NCBI GenBank assembly: GCA_965116025.1
Contig: OZ220480.1
Coordinates: forward strand, 416,001 to 480,000
Source of the DNA: an uncultured candidatus Porisulfidus sp.
Lineage (GTDB): Bacteria; Pseudomonadota; Gammaproteobacteria; Poriferisulfidales; Poriferisulfidaceae
DNA length: 64,000 nucleotides
Direction of reading: 5' to 3'
Below the pieces are notes generated by a model that worked only from the letters and a program-made list of their open reading frames with translations, did no database searches and was not told where the DNA came from. The translations under genes and the position numbers were made by a program. Shown piece after piece: positions 1 to 9,067 of this stretch; positions within the stretch are counted from its first letter, which is position 1; each line of letters begins with the position of its first letter.

Positions 1-152
1 CGTCGCCCCAGCCGCGATGCAGAGCGGCCACCCCCGAGCCCTTCGCGTGGATGAAGCCTTCGTTGGTGACCGTGATATCAGTCTCGTCAGTAGAATTGAC
101 CACATTAGTGAACACGCCGTGTCCGCCAACCGGAGTCCCCGCGGTCCCGATC
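1..152. repeat. Near-identical direct repeat of 55778-55929, shared by the two autotransporter genes
   Basis: Manual alignment: first 77 nt identical, 5 mismatches in 152 nt. Confidence 0.9.
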
Positions 153-1710
153 ATCGCTCCCTCGGATACCGTCACCCGGATCGCTCCCCCGTAGATTTGC
201 TGCTGGACGAGCACGCCATGCCGACCCACGGTCGGCTCGTCTCCCTCCACGCCGATCCGCGCCCCGGACTTCAGCGTCACCTCAATGCCGCTGGGTTTCA
301 CGACGGCCGCCGGTTTGGTCGGTCGGAACCGATACGCATGGATGCCATCGCCACCTTCGCCAGCTGTGCCCGTCCGGGTGATCGCGCCCGCCAGATCCAC
401 CTTGACGAGACCCCCGTTATGCTCATGATGAATTTTGATCCCGTGGCCGTTCAATCCGCCCCCCATGAGGCTCCCTCCCGTCACGTTGATCGTGACCGGA
501 ACCACGGAATCGTCGTCCCCTTTCGTCGTGACTCGAATGCCTTCCGTCCACCAATAGGGCGCGACGCCCGGGTCCGTCACGACCTCGATGTCGCCGCTCG
601 ACGTGATCGAGACCTCGCTGCTGGCCTGCCCGTCCGCGGCCGGAGCGCTCTTGTCCTCGTGAAACACGTGAATCCCGGCGCGCGCGTACGCGCTTCGAGT
701 TTCCACATGCCCGCTCTCCGTCGGATTCGCCATTTTCAGATAGCGGAGCGGATGGCTCTGAACCACGATCTTGCCCTCATGGACGATCGTGATGTCACCG
801 CCGCCAGAAGACGAGCCCGGGGCTATCCAAACATCCCTAAGCCAGCGCTCTTCCAGACCCTCGTCCTGGAGATTCCCCGCCGACGCCCGGATCCCTTGCG
901 AGGTCACGCTATTCTTCGCCGTCTTGATCACGGTGTCGCCCCCGCCCGAGCGATGCGCCAGTATCCCGGCATACGTCCCGTAAATCTCGCCCGCGTTCGT
1001 CACGCTGATGTCCGTGTCATGCTGAAAGTACGCTAGAACGCCGTACCCGCCCATCGGTTTGTCCTCGGTTCCGATCCGCGCCTCGTCTCCCACCATCACC
1101 TCGGCGCGGTCCTTCTGAGCGTCGGCGTCGCTTCCCAAGTGCTTCACGTAGACGCCGTGGTTGAGCCCCGCCCCGCGGTCCCTCGAATCAATGGCCTTCC
1201 CGATGCGCGTGACCGTCGTGGACAGCCCCGTCACGAGCCTCCGGGTCGCCCCGCTCTCAATGCGGACCCGCCCATCGAGAACGACTTTCTTCAGGGCGCC
1301 GGGCCCGCTCAGGACGATCCCCGGCCGAGCGTCGCTCGCGCCACTGGGTATTCCACTGGACGTGATGGTGACCGTGCCCGCCCCGGAAGGCTGGACCGTC
1401 AGCGTCACGCTCCGGCCTGGCGCGGCGAGATCGTATCCGATCGGCGGGCCGTCGGCCTTGGTGTAGGTCGGGTCGTCGCAAGTGACTTCGGCGGCGCCCG
1501 AGCCGCTGGGAAGGTCGCCGCAGTTTCCCGTGTCCGCCGCCATGGCGGAGTGCGGAATCAGCGGAATGGAGAGAACGGCCGTCAATCCGGCCAGAACGGT
1601 CAGGAAACGGAGGCTATGCCCCCCCCCCCCCCCCCCCCCCCTACGCGGGAAGACGACGAGGCGACGCGAAACGCGGCGCGAATCTCGGAAACGGACAGGT
1701 TCTTGGTCAT
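1..1710 (-). CDS. Autotransporter (type V) passenger-domain protein, 5' part, runs off the left edge; frameshifted at a G23 tract in the signal peptide (putative phase-variable, OFF as sequenced)
   Basis: ATG at 1710 after AAGGGA RBS gives MTKNLSVSEIRAAFRVASSSSRV-polyG. After the tract, the frame starting at 1618 reads HSLRFLTVLAGLTAVLSIPLIPHSAMA|ADTGNCGD... (signal peptide) and appears open to position 1 (spot-checked), where it reads ...HRGWGD, identical to the autotransporter at 53967-57378. The frames join with G21 or G24, not G23. Confidence 0.8.
1619..1641 (-). repeat. Homopolymer G23 (C23 on +) inside the autotransporter signal-peptide coding region
   Basis: Direct count: gctatg-C23-tacgcggga. 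Confidence 0.9.
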
Positions 1711-1750
1711 TATTCGTCCCTTTTCAAGGATCAATCTCGGATGGCCGCGC

Positions 1751-1829
1751 ATTATACCCCCAGCGCCCGCGCGCTTCCAAACCAAAATAATCGCGCCGAA
1801 TCGCCACCGCCGAGCGCGCCCTGTATAAT
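1751..1829. promoter_or_regulatory. Divergent sigma70-type -10 boxes (autotransporter on -, tRNA-Phe on +)
   Basis: TATAAT on the - strand at 1751-1756 and on the + strand at 1824-1829, each followed by GC-rich sequence; -35 boxes not clear. Confidence 0.45.
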
Positions 1830-1860
1830 GCCACGCTCCGGCTAGCGGCCCCGGACCAAA

Positions 1861-1936
1861 GGCCAGGTAGCTCAGTCGGTAGAGCAGGGGACTGAAAATC
1901 CCCGTGTCGGCGGTTCGATTCCGTCCCTGGCCACCA
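1861..1936 (+). tRNA. tRNA-Phe (GAA)
   Basis: GGCCAGGTAGCTCAGTCGGTAGAGC...CT-GAA-AA...GGTTCGATTCC...TGGCCACCA; 76-nt cloverleaf with encoded CCA. Confidence 0.97.
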
Positions 1937-2003
1937 GATCTCTCTCCGCAACCTCGTCAAGAGCCTCGTGGGCATCCTTCGATCGAGGTCCGGCCCGCGC
2001 CCT

Positions 2004-3372
2004 TCAAAATTCTTGCGAGAAGCTGATCTCGAGATCGAATTGATAGATCTCGATCTCGATCATTTGCGAGGGATCGAACGGATTCGGGCCTCTTTGCCGC
2101 TCCGTCGGAGAGTACATGAAGGCGGCGCTGATCTCCCGATCACCGGACAATTTTTTGGCCAGGCCGATGGTGTAGTGGTTCTCCACGACCGCCGGTGCCA
2201 AGATGTTCAGCAACGTCTCGTCGCGCGGAATGGGGTGCTCGGCGAAGCTCGCGCCCACGCGAAGCGTCAGGTCCGGAGAGATCGCGTACCGCGCGCCGAT
2301 CCTGTACACATTCATATCCTCCCAGCCGAACCCCGCTCCATGGTCGCCCCCGAGGCGGCTTTCCGGTCGTCCCCGCCCAGCGTCGGACAGCGGAAGACGT
2401 TCGAGACCGGATTCGCCACCGAATCGATCTCGCCGTACCAGATTTTCTGGAAATCGAAGACCAAGACCAGACCGCTTGATGATTTCAGGGCGAAGCCAGC
2501 CGTCATCGAGGGTGGAATGTCGAAATCCCCGTCCTCGGCGAACAAACTCGCGTAGTCGTCGAGCTCGGTCATGAACATCCGCGACTGATACGCCAAGCCG
2601 ATGTCCAGATACGAGACCGGGCTCCACAGCATTCCCACCCTCGCTCCGTAGCCGAACGAGAAATCCCGGCCCTTGTCGGTGAGACCGTCGGGCCACTTCT
2701 CTCCGTCGCTTCGCGCGACATCCTCGGTATACCCGGTGAACGCGGAAAGCCCCTTCCCTCGGAACGCCTGGACCGCCAGTACCGGGCTCACGCCCAGCGA
2801 AAGTCGCTCGCCGACCTTCCGCGAGTAGATGATCACCAGGAACAGCTGGGTCAGATCCACGCCGGCGACGCCCCTCCATACGTCCCTGGAAAGCTCTGGA
2901 CAGGCTTGGGCCCGGAGCCATCCGGGTCGAACGTGGCGATTCCCTCGTTCCACACCGTGTTCATCCCGCCATTCGCGTACAGGGTGATGCCCAGCGAGCT
3001 TCGCTCGTCCAACGGGTGGTTGTAGCCGACTGGGGGGACCGGAAAGCAGTCGCGGTCGCTGTCCATGTCGTTGGGCCCCACCGTGAAAGCGACGCCCGGG
3101 CCATTCGCCGCGCTCGCGCCCTTCTCGTAGGCCTGCCGGGGGCTGAAAATGGCCAAGCCCGCGTCGAGTCTTCGTCCTAGATGGACCATTCCCGCGGGAT
3201 TCGTCGCCGCCGCGATCGCGTCTTGCGGAAGCATCACCCCCGCGCCCGCCATACCCTTGCTTTTCGTCCCGTATCCGTGCGCGAAATAGCCATTCGTCGC
3301 CATCGCGCACGGCACCGCCAGCGCGCAAGCCACGCACGCCCACAAGACGCCAGGCCAGATCCCGTCGCGCAT
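2004..3372 (-). pseudogene. FadL/OmpP1/TodX-family outer-membrane transporter split by two frameshifts
   Basis: Signal peptide then ATNGYFAHGYGTKSKGMAGAG...AAATNPAGM (FadL hatch motif) in one frame; middle part GVDLTQLF...GDFDIPPS in a second frame; C-terminus GAGFGWEDMNVYRIG...ISFSQEF (terminal Phe) in a third. Shifts at about 2871-2874 and 2363-2366. Confidence 0.8.
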
Positions 3373-3594
3373 GACGTTCCTCCGCGCGCGCATCCCGGAC
3401 GTCTCGAGTCTACCGAACGCCCCCCGCGAGTCAATTCTCGCCTCTGGCGTCCGCGCGCGCTCGGCCGCGCCTAATTGCAGACATCCTGACCTGGTAGTCT
3501 GATATCGCGGGCGGGCGGCCCCTCGAACCGCCTTGATTTTCCTGTTTTCTCTGGCGTTCCGGGTCGGCGCGCGCTGGCGTTTTTCCCGGTCTCG

Positions 3595-3603
3595 TGATAT
3601 AAT
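3595..3603 (+). promoter_or_regulatory. Extended -10 promoter of the transposase (TGnTATAAT)
   Basis: TGATATAAT at 3595-3603 inside the IS left end, upstream of the RBS and start. Confidence 0.45.
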
Positions 3604-3609
3604 ATTATT

Positions 3610-5838
3610 ATGACGCATAATGTAGGAGATCGCGTGTCCGGACTTCCCCTCAGCCCGACCGAGGCCACCCCCATCAGCGGCTCCCTCTCGTGGGCCGTCA
3701 TCGACGACATCGTCTGGTACTTCTCCGGTCTCCAGCCGATCGACTTCCATCTCGCCGGAGACCGGAAATCCCGGTTGCTGCGGGTGGCGAAGCTACGCCT
3801 GGCCAACCGGGTGCCAGAGGGCGATCTGGCGCGCGCCTTCGACCTATCGCGCTCGACGGTCACGCGGGCGGCGCGGAAGCTTCGCGAGCGGGGCGAGGCG
3901 GCGTTCCGGGAGCCGACGCTTCGGCCCGGGGCCGGGCGGCGGCGCAGCGTGGTGACCCCGGAGAAGGCGCGCCGCGCCGAGCGCATGCTGGCCGAGGGGG
4001 AGACCCGCGGCGCGTGCGCGGCGGCCCTCGGCATCCCGATCAGCACGTTCTACGAGAACCTGCGCGCCGGGGTCATCCACAAGCCGGCGCCCGACCCGGG
4101 GGCGTCCGAGCGCTCCGAGCGCGCGGAGCGAGACCGTAAGCCGGCGCGCGGGCGCGCCTGCCACGACGACGAGCGCCGGCGGCTCGCCGCCGCCGGAACG
4201 CTGGCCGAGGCCGCGCCCCGCTTCGACCGCCCGGCCCGCTCGGTCGCCGGCGGCGGCGTCCTCGCCGCCCTTCCCGCCCTGCTCCGGGAAGGACTGCTGG
4301 AGCCCGCCCGCCGCATGCTCCGCCTGCCCGACGGCTACTACGGACTGTCCGCCGTGCTGCTCACCTGCGCCTTCCTGACCCTCTCCCGCGCCCGCGCCCC
4401 CGAGGCCCTGCGCCACCAGGCGCCCGGAGAGTGGGGCCTCCCGCTCGGACTCGACCGCTGCCCCGAGGTCAAGACCCTGCGCCGGAAGACGGCCCTGATC
4501 ACCGATGCCGAGGAGACCGTCCACGCTTGGCAGAGCGCCCTGGCGCGCGCCTGGATGGAGGACGAGCGCGACGACTGGATGACCTTGGCCGTGGACGGCC
4601 ACGTCAAGGTCTACCACGGACGAAAGGGGCGCTTGCCCAAGGGCTTCGTCTCGCGCCAGAAGCTGTGTCTGCCGGCGTCCGCCAGCTACTGGGTCAACGT
4701 CCTTGGCGGCAAGCCCCTGCTGTGCCTGCATAAGAAGCTGGACCCGAAGCTGACGCGCGCCCTGGAGGAGGACGTCCTGCCCGAGCTGGAGCGGATGGGT
4801 CAGGTTCCCGCGTCCGCGCCAGACCTGCGCCAGGGCGGGCGCCCGATGGCCACCCTGGCGTTCGACCGCGAGGGCTGGAGCCCGCAGCTGTTCGCGCGCC
4901 TGGCGCGCCGTGGCGTCGCCTGCGTGACCTGGCGCAAGGGCTCCCGAGAGGACGACTGGCCGCGCGCCGAGTTCCACTCATGCGCGGTTCCGGTTCACGG
5001 CCCGGTCGGGAGAGGCGGCTCGCTGACCGTCTCGCTGGCCGAGCGCCGGGTCGAGCTGCGCGACGGCCTTCAGGTTCGGGAGATCCGCCGCCTGCTGGAG
5101 AGTGGGCGGCAGGCGGCGCTGATCACGACCCACCCGGACATGCCGACCGAGGAGGTCGCCGGCGCCATGTTCTCGCGCTGGTCGCAGGAGAACTTCTTCA
5201 AATACATGCGCGAGGAGTTCCGGCTCGACGCCTTGCCGGAGCATGCCGTGGAGCCGCTCGACCCGGAGACCCGGGTGGTCAATCCCGAGCGGCGGGAGGC
5301 GCGGAAAGAAGTCGAGCGGATCAAGCGGAGGCTTCAGTCCGTCGAGACGCGGGCTCGCCGGAAGCGCGCGAGGGGAACGGACGCGACCGGGCTTGAGGCC
5401 GAGGCGCGCGCGCTTCGGAAGCGTCTTGAGGAAGAGACGCTCCGCCGCGACGGGCTGCCTGCCCACGTGCGCGCCGGGGAGCTCCCGAAAGAGCGGCGGC
5501 TCGACGCCTTGCCGGTCGCCCGGCGCCTGTTCGCCGATCTCATCCGCATGATCTGCTACCGCGCCGAGACCCGCATGATGGCGGCCTCGGTCGCGGCGCC
5601 GGGGCGGAAGCCCTTGGCGCGCAAAGCGCTCGCCGCCCTGATGCGGGCCGACGCCCATCTCCGGCCCGACCCGGAGCGCGGCGTCCTTGAGGTTGAGCTG
5701 CTCGGCTTCGCCAACGCCGCCGCCGAGCGAGCCCTCCGCCCGCTGCTCGACGAGCTCAATCGAACCGAAACCCGCTACCCCGGAACCGACCTCCAGCTCG
5801 TCTATCGCGTCGCCGGCGAGCCGCCCACCGAGGAATAG
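3610..5838 (+). CDS. Transposase (N-terminal HTHs plus DDE domain)
   Basis: HTH-like segments (LARAFDLSRSTVTRAARKL; ACAAALGIPISTF), putative catalytic motifs AVDGH and AFDREG, and the YREK-like FSRWSQENFFK; lies between the IRs. GTG at 3634 after AGGAG may be the real start. Confidence 0.85.
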   Translation: MTHNVGDRVSGLPLSPTEATPISGSLSWAVIDDIVWYFSGLQPIDFHLAGDRKSRLLRVAKLRLANRVPEGDLARAFDLSRSTVTRAARKLRERGEAAFREPTLRPGAGRRRSVVTPEKARRAERMLAEGETRGACAAALGIPISTFYENLRAGVIHKPAPDPGASERSERAERDRKPARGRACHDDERRRLAAAGTLAEAAPRFDRPARSVAGGGVLAALPALLREGLLEPARRMLRLPDGYYGLSAVLLTCAFLTLSRARAPEALRHQAPGEWGLPLGLDRCPEVKTLRRKTALITDAEETVHAWQSALARAWMEDERDDWMTLAVDGHVKVYHGRKGRLPKGFVSRQKLCLPASASYWVNVLGGKPLLCLHKKLDPKLTRALEEDVLPELERMGQVPASAPDLRQGGRPMATLAFDREGWSPQLFARLARRGVACVTWRKGSREDDWPRAEFHSCAVPVHGPVGRGGSLTVSLAERRVELRDGLQVREIRRLLESGRQAALITTHPDMPTEEVAGAMFSRWSQENFFKYMREEFRLDALPEHAVEPLDPETRVVNPERREARKEVERIKRRLQSVETRARRKRARGTDATGLEAEARALRKRLEEETLRRDGLPAHVRAGELPKERRLDALPVARRLFADLIRMICYRAETRMMAASVAAPGRKPLARKALAALMRADAHLRPDPERGVLEVELLGFANAAAERALRPLLDELNRTETRYPGTDLQLVYRVAGEPPTEE

Positions 5839-5856
5839 CGCGTCATCCTATAATCA

Positions 5857-6189
5857 TTAGGTCAGGATGTCTGAATTGTGGCGCCCGCGCGGGACGTACC
5901 GTCCGTCCTCGAATCCGCTGAAGATCTGGTCGACCAGCGGATGCCGGATCGGGCGCGGGTCCTCCTCCCGCTCCAAGTTGCGCTCCGCGACGTACGTCTC
6001 GACCGGCCGCTCGTCCACCAGAACCCGATACCAGGGCCGGTCCCGGGGTGGGCGGGACCGCGCGTTGCGCTCGTACCACTCGTCGCTCCCCCGGAACGTC
6101 GGGTCCACGTCGAAGACCACGCCCCGATAGCCGAACAGTCGGTGCGCGACCAGTTGTCCCGGGGCGAATAGCGCCTGACTCTCGCGCAT
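5857..6189 (-). CDS. hspQ: Heat shock protein HspQ (YccV-like); last 5 residues and stop supplied by the IS
   Basis: FAPGQLVAHRLFGYRGVVFDVDP...PWYRVLVD...TYVAERNL...IRHP motif; ATG 6189 after GAGGGAG. Confidence 0.9.
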   Translation of the reverse strand: MRESQALFAPGQLVAHRLFGYRGVVFDVDPTFRGSDEWYERNARSRPPRDRPWYRVLVDERPVETYVAERNLEREEDPRPIRHPLVDQIFSGFEDGRYVPRGRHNSDILT

Positions 6190-6249
6190 CTCCCTCAGCC
6201 CTGCTCCCGCCACTTGCTATACTGGCGAAAATCGCTAGGCGCGACGCTT

Positions 6250-6519
6250 ATGGAACGCACCGTCGAACAACGAGTTTTGGTCATGACGCGCAAGATTTTG
6301 GCACAGATCGTGCGGGAAGTCACGCCGCCTCCCGGCATGAAGAGTCCCTTGTCCCCCCAGACCATTCAGGACATACGGAAAGCGTTCGAGCTGATCTCCG
6401 CGCGGGAGCGAGAGTTGATGGAGGCCGCCGGGAACCCAACCCAGGAGCGGCCCCGATACGCGGACGAGCCGAAAACCGCGGCGACCGCGCCGATGCCCAA
6501 GCGAAAGCTGGACTCATGA
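6250..6519 (+). CDS. Small hypothetical protein
   Basis: 89-aa helical ORF (EQRVLVMTRKIL...TPPPGMKSPLS...ISAREREL...RPRYADE); stop overlaps the next start (ATGA). Confidence 0.7.
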   Translation: MERTVEQRVLVMTRKILAQIVREVTPPPGMKSPLSPQTIQDIRKAFELISARERELMEAAGNPTQERPRYADEPKTAATAPMPKRKLDS

Positions 6520-6914
6520 TCGCCACGTCGGAATCGCGGGAGCGGATGGCGCGCCAGGCCATGGCGGCGCTCGACCAATGGCGCCTCAACACGGACGAGA
6601 TCGTGGCCATTCTGGCGTTGCCGGAGAAGACCCGCGGCGCGCAGCTGGAGCGCTTCCGCCACGGCGAGGCCCTGCCGAACGACCCGCCCCTGATGACGCG
6701 CGCGGAGCACATCGTCGGCATCGCCGACGCCCTGCGCACATCGTTTCCCCGCAACAGCCGCATCGGGGCCCGCTGGCTGGTCACCCCGCATCGGCGGTTC
6801 CGCAAGCGCACCCCTCTGTCGCTGATGATCGAGGATGGCGTCAACGGCCTGTGCCGGGTGCGAGCGGAGCTGGACTGCTCCTTCTCCTGGACGCGGTCGC
6901 AGGAGGCCCCCTGA
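6516..6914 (+). CDS. Xre/MbcA/ParS antitoxin-like (DUF2384) protein
   Basis: N-terminal HTH-like region and C-terminal ARWLVTPHRRFRKRTPLSLM...GLCRVRAELD motif typical of MbcA/ParS C-domains. Confidence 0.7.
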   Translation: MIATSESRERMARQAMAALDQWRLNTDEIVAILALPEKTRGAQLERFRHGEALPNDPPLMTRAEHIVGIADALRTSFPRNSRIGARWLVTPHRRFRKRTPLSLMIEDGVNGLCRVRAELDCSFSWTRSQEAP

Positions 6915-7324
6915 TGTCCGAGATCTCCATTCCGGTGGTCGCCGAGGGGGTCGAGATCACCTTGGAGAACAAGTGCGGCTTCTGCACCAACTCCCTGTGC
7001 TGCCACTACGTCACCCAGGAGATCGACACGCCTCGGTCCAAATACGACTACGAGCACCTGCTCTGGCAGGTCTCGCACGACCGGGTCAGCGCCTACAAGG
7101 ACTCCGACGGCTGGACCCTGATGTTCGAGACCGCCTGCGCGCACCTGCGGGAGGACGGGCGTTGCGGGATTTACGAGGCCCGCCCGCAAATCTGCCGCGA
7201 TCATCGCAACGATTTCTGCGAGTACGACCAGCCGGCCGAGGAGGGCTTCGACCTGTACTTCCCGGACTATGAGAGTCTCCTCGCGTACTGCAAGAAGCGC
7301 TTCAAGCGATGGGAGCGGGGCTAG
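6914..7324 (+). CDS. YkgJ-family (CxxCxxCC) zinc/Fe-S cluster protein
   Basis: CGFCTNSLCC...CAHL...RCGIYEARPQICR; ATG 6914 after AGGAGG. Confidence 0.85.
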   Translation: MSEISIPVVAEGVEITLENKCGFCTNSLCCHYVTQEIDTPRSKYDYEHLLWQVSHDRVSAYKDSDGWTLMFETACAHLREDGRCGIYEARPQICRDHRNDFCEYDQPAEEGFDLYFPDYESLLAYCKKRFKRWERG

Positions 7325-7973
7325 GCGGCATGATCTCCGAGAAGTCCCGGATCGCGGGATACGGCAGGCTCCTCCGCTCCGGCTGGCCGCTGTCCGGACG
7401 CCGGACCGTGAGCAGGCAGCCGATGCCCGCCCTTCTCGCGTGCGCCAGAACGTCGACGTCGTCGTCCACCATGAGCGTGCGGGCCGGCTCGTGCGGCACC
7501 GCGTCCCGCAACGCCTTCCAGAATCCCGCGCTTTCCTTAGGCGTCTGGAACTCGTGGGAGCTGATGACCTTCCGGAAATAGGGACGGATCTGGGATTCCT
7601 CCAGCTTGATGTCGACGAACTTCGGGTGCGAGTTGGTGACGAGGTAACAGGGCCTGCGACTGTCGTTGATCCGTCCCAGAAACTCCTCGATACGGGGCAT
7701 CCGCGTCACCCGATGGCGGATTTCCCGCTTCAGCGCGACCACGTCCAGACCCAGCTCCTCGCTCCAGTAGTCGGCGCAATACCACTGCAACGTGCCCCGG
7801 ATCTCGCGGTAGCGCGCGGTCAGATTCGCCCGGGCTTCCGCAACGTCCATCCCGTACGCCTCGGCGAAGCGCCGCGGCAGATGGTGAAACCAGAAGTGGG
7901 AATCGAACCGCAGGTCCAGCAACGTCCCGTCCATGTCCAGAAAGACGGTGTCGATGGCCTCCCAGTCGATCAT
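7302..7973 (-). CDS. yrfG: GMP/IMP nucleotidase (HAD family)
   Basis: IDWEAIDTVFLDMDGTLLDLRFDSHFW, LVTNSH, TLMVDD motifs. Confidence 0.88.
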   Translation of the reverse strand: MIDWEAIDTVFLDMDGTLLDLRFDSHFWFHHLPRRFAEAYGMDVAEARANLTARYREIRGTLQWYCADYWSEELGLDVVALKREIRHRVTRMPRIEEFLGRINDSRRPCYLVTNSHPKFVDIKLEESQIRPYFRKVISSHEFQTPKESAGFWKALRDAVPHEPARTLMVDDDVDVLAHARRAGIGCLLTVRRPDSGQPERRSLPYPAIRDFSEIMPPSPAPIA

Positions 7974-8047
7974 GCGTAATGGCGCTCCGCGCCGGATTCT
8001 ACACTCCCTTCCGCCGCGATTTGCTACGATGGGCGCGAACTCGACCA

Positions 8048-8869
8048 ATGGATTCCGAACAGCTCTCCCGACTTCTGCCCGAGGCCAAGCGAATCGCCAA
8101 GGAGGCCGGCGCGCGCGTCCTAGCCACCCTCCGCGCGGGCTACGAGATCTTCGAGAAGGCCGATCGCTCTCCGGTCACCACGGTCGACCTGGAGGCCCAC
8201 CGGCGCATCGTCGAGCGGTTGCGGGCGCTGAACGAGCGGTGGCCGGTTCTGTCCGAAGAGGCTTCCGTCCTTCCCGCCTGGAAAGTCCGCCGGGACTGGG
8301 AGACGTACTGGCTGGTCGACCCTCTGGACGGCACCCGCGAGCTGTTTCGGCGAAGCGGGGAATTCACCGTCAACATCGCCCTGATTCACCGTCGACGATC
8401 CGTGCTAGGGGTCGTCGGCGCCCCGGCTCTGGACCTCCTCTATCACGCGCGTCGCGGTGGCGGCGCCTGGCGGTCGCGGGCGGAAGAACCCCCGGTCGCC
8501 ATCCGCGCCCGGCCCTTCCCCACCGATGGATCCGCCATCGTGGCGGCGAGCTTCCGTCACGCGCGCCCCGAAACTCAGCGGCTCCTCACGCGGCTGGGCC
8601 CGCACCGGGAGAGGCGCGTCGGGAGCTCGCTGAAGAGCTGTCAGGTCGCGGAAGGCTCCTTGGACCTGTATCCGCGCCACGGCCCCACTCACGAATGGGA
8701 CACGGCGGCGGCCCAATGCGTCGTGGAGGAGGCGGGAGGCCAGGCGCTCGACTGGCGGCTGCGCCCGCTTCGCTACAACGCGGGACCGAGCTTGGTCAAC
8801 CCCAGTTTTCTGGTGATCGGCGACCCCGGCCACGACTGGGCCTCCCTGCTGGATCCGGCGCCGCGATGA
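8048..8869 (+). CDS. cysQ: 3'(2'),5'-bisphosphate nucleotidase
   Basis: KADRSPVT, VLSEE, WLVDPLDGTRE, GEFTVNIALI, GSSLK, EWDTAA motifs. Confidence 0.93.
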   Translation: MDSEQLSRLLPEAKRIAKEAGARVLATLRAGYEIFEKADRSPVTTVDLEAHRRIVERLRALNERWPVLSEEASVLPAWKVRRDWETYWLVDPLDGTRELFRRSGEFTVNIALIHRRRSVLGVVGAPALDLLYHARRGGGAWRSRAEEPPVAIRARPFPTDGSAIVAASFRHARPETQRLLTRLGPHRERRVGSSLKSCQVAEGSLDLYPRHGPTHEWDTAAAQCVVEEAGGQALDWRLRPLRYNAGPSLVNPSFLVIGDPGHDWASLLDPAPR

Positions 8870-9067
8870 CCGCGCGACCGGATCCACCGGCGAGGCGAGA
8901 AAGAGCCCCGCGTCGCCATCTCCGAGAAATCTGGACATCCGCCAAGAGAGGATCCGGGAATCGGCGTGGGACCCGGTACAATGCTGTCCCCGTGACCGCC
9001 CCCTTCCACGCCGCGGACTCCGCGAGCGTTCCGTGAAAGAGACGGCGCGTTCCCGCAAGCCGATCTC

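Larger units (their letters stand above)
3478..5873 (+). mobile_element. Complete insertion sequence, 2,396 bp, unclassified large DDE type
   Basis: Perfect 15-bp terminal IRs CAGACATCCTGACCT (3478-3492) and AGGTCAGGATGTCTG (5859-5873); 5-bp TSD AATTG (3473-3477 and 5874-5878); one long ORF inside. Confidence 0.93.

Noticed and set aside
17-1828. + strand ORFs 17-1036 and 1139-1828 (poly-Pro), and similarly 56184-57365
   Set aside because: Antisense shadows of the autotransporter genes; the poly-Pro is just the C-run read on the wrong strand.
2360-2880. Programmed frameshifting or phase variation in the FadL-like gene
   Set aside because: The shift sites are runs of only 2-4 nt with no slippery heptamer, and two independent shifts would be needed; decay or sequencing error is simpler.
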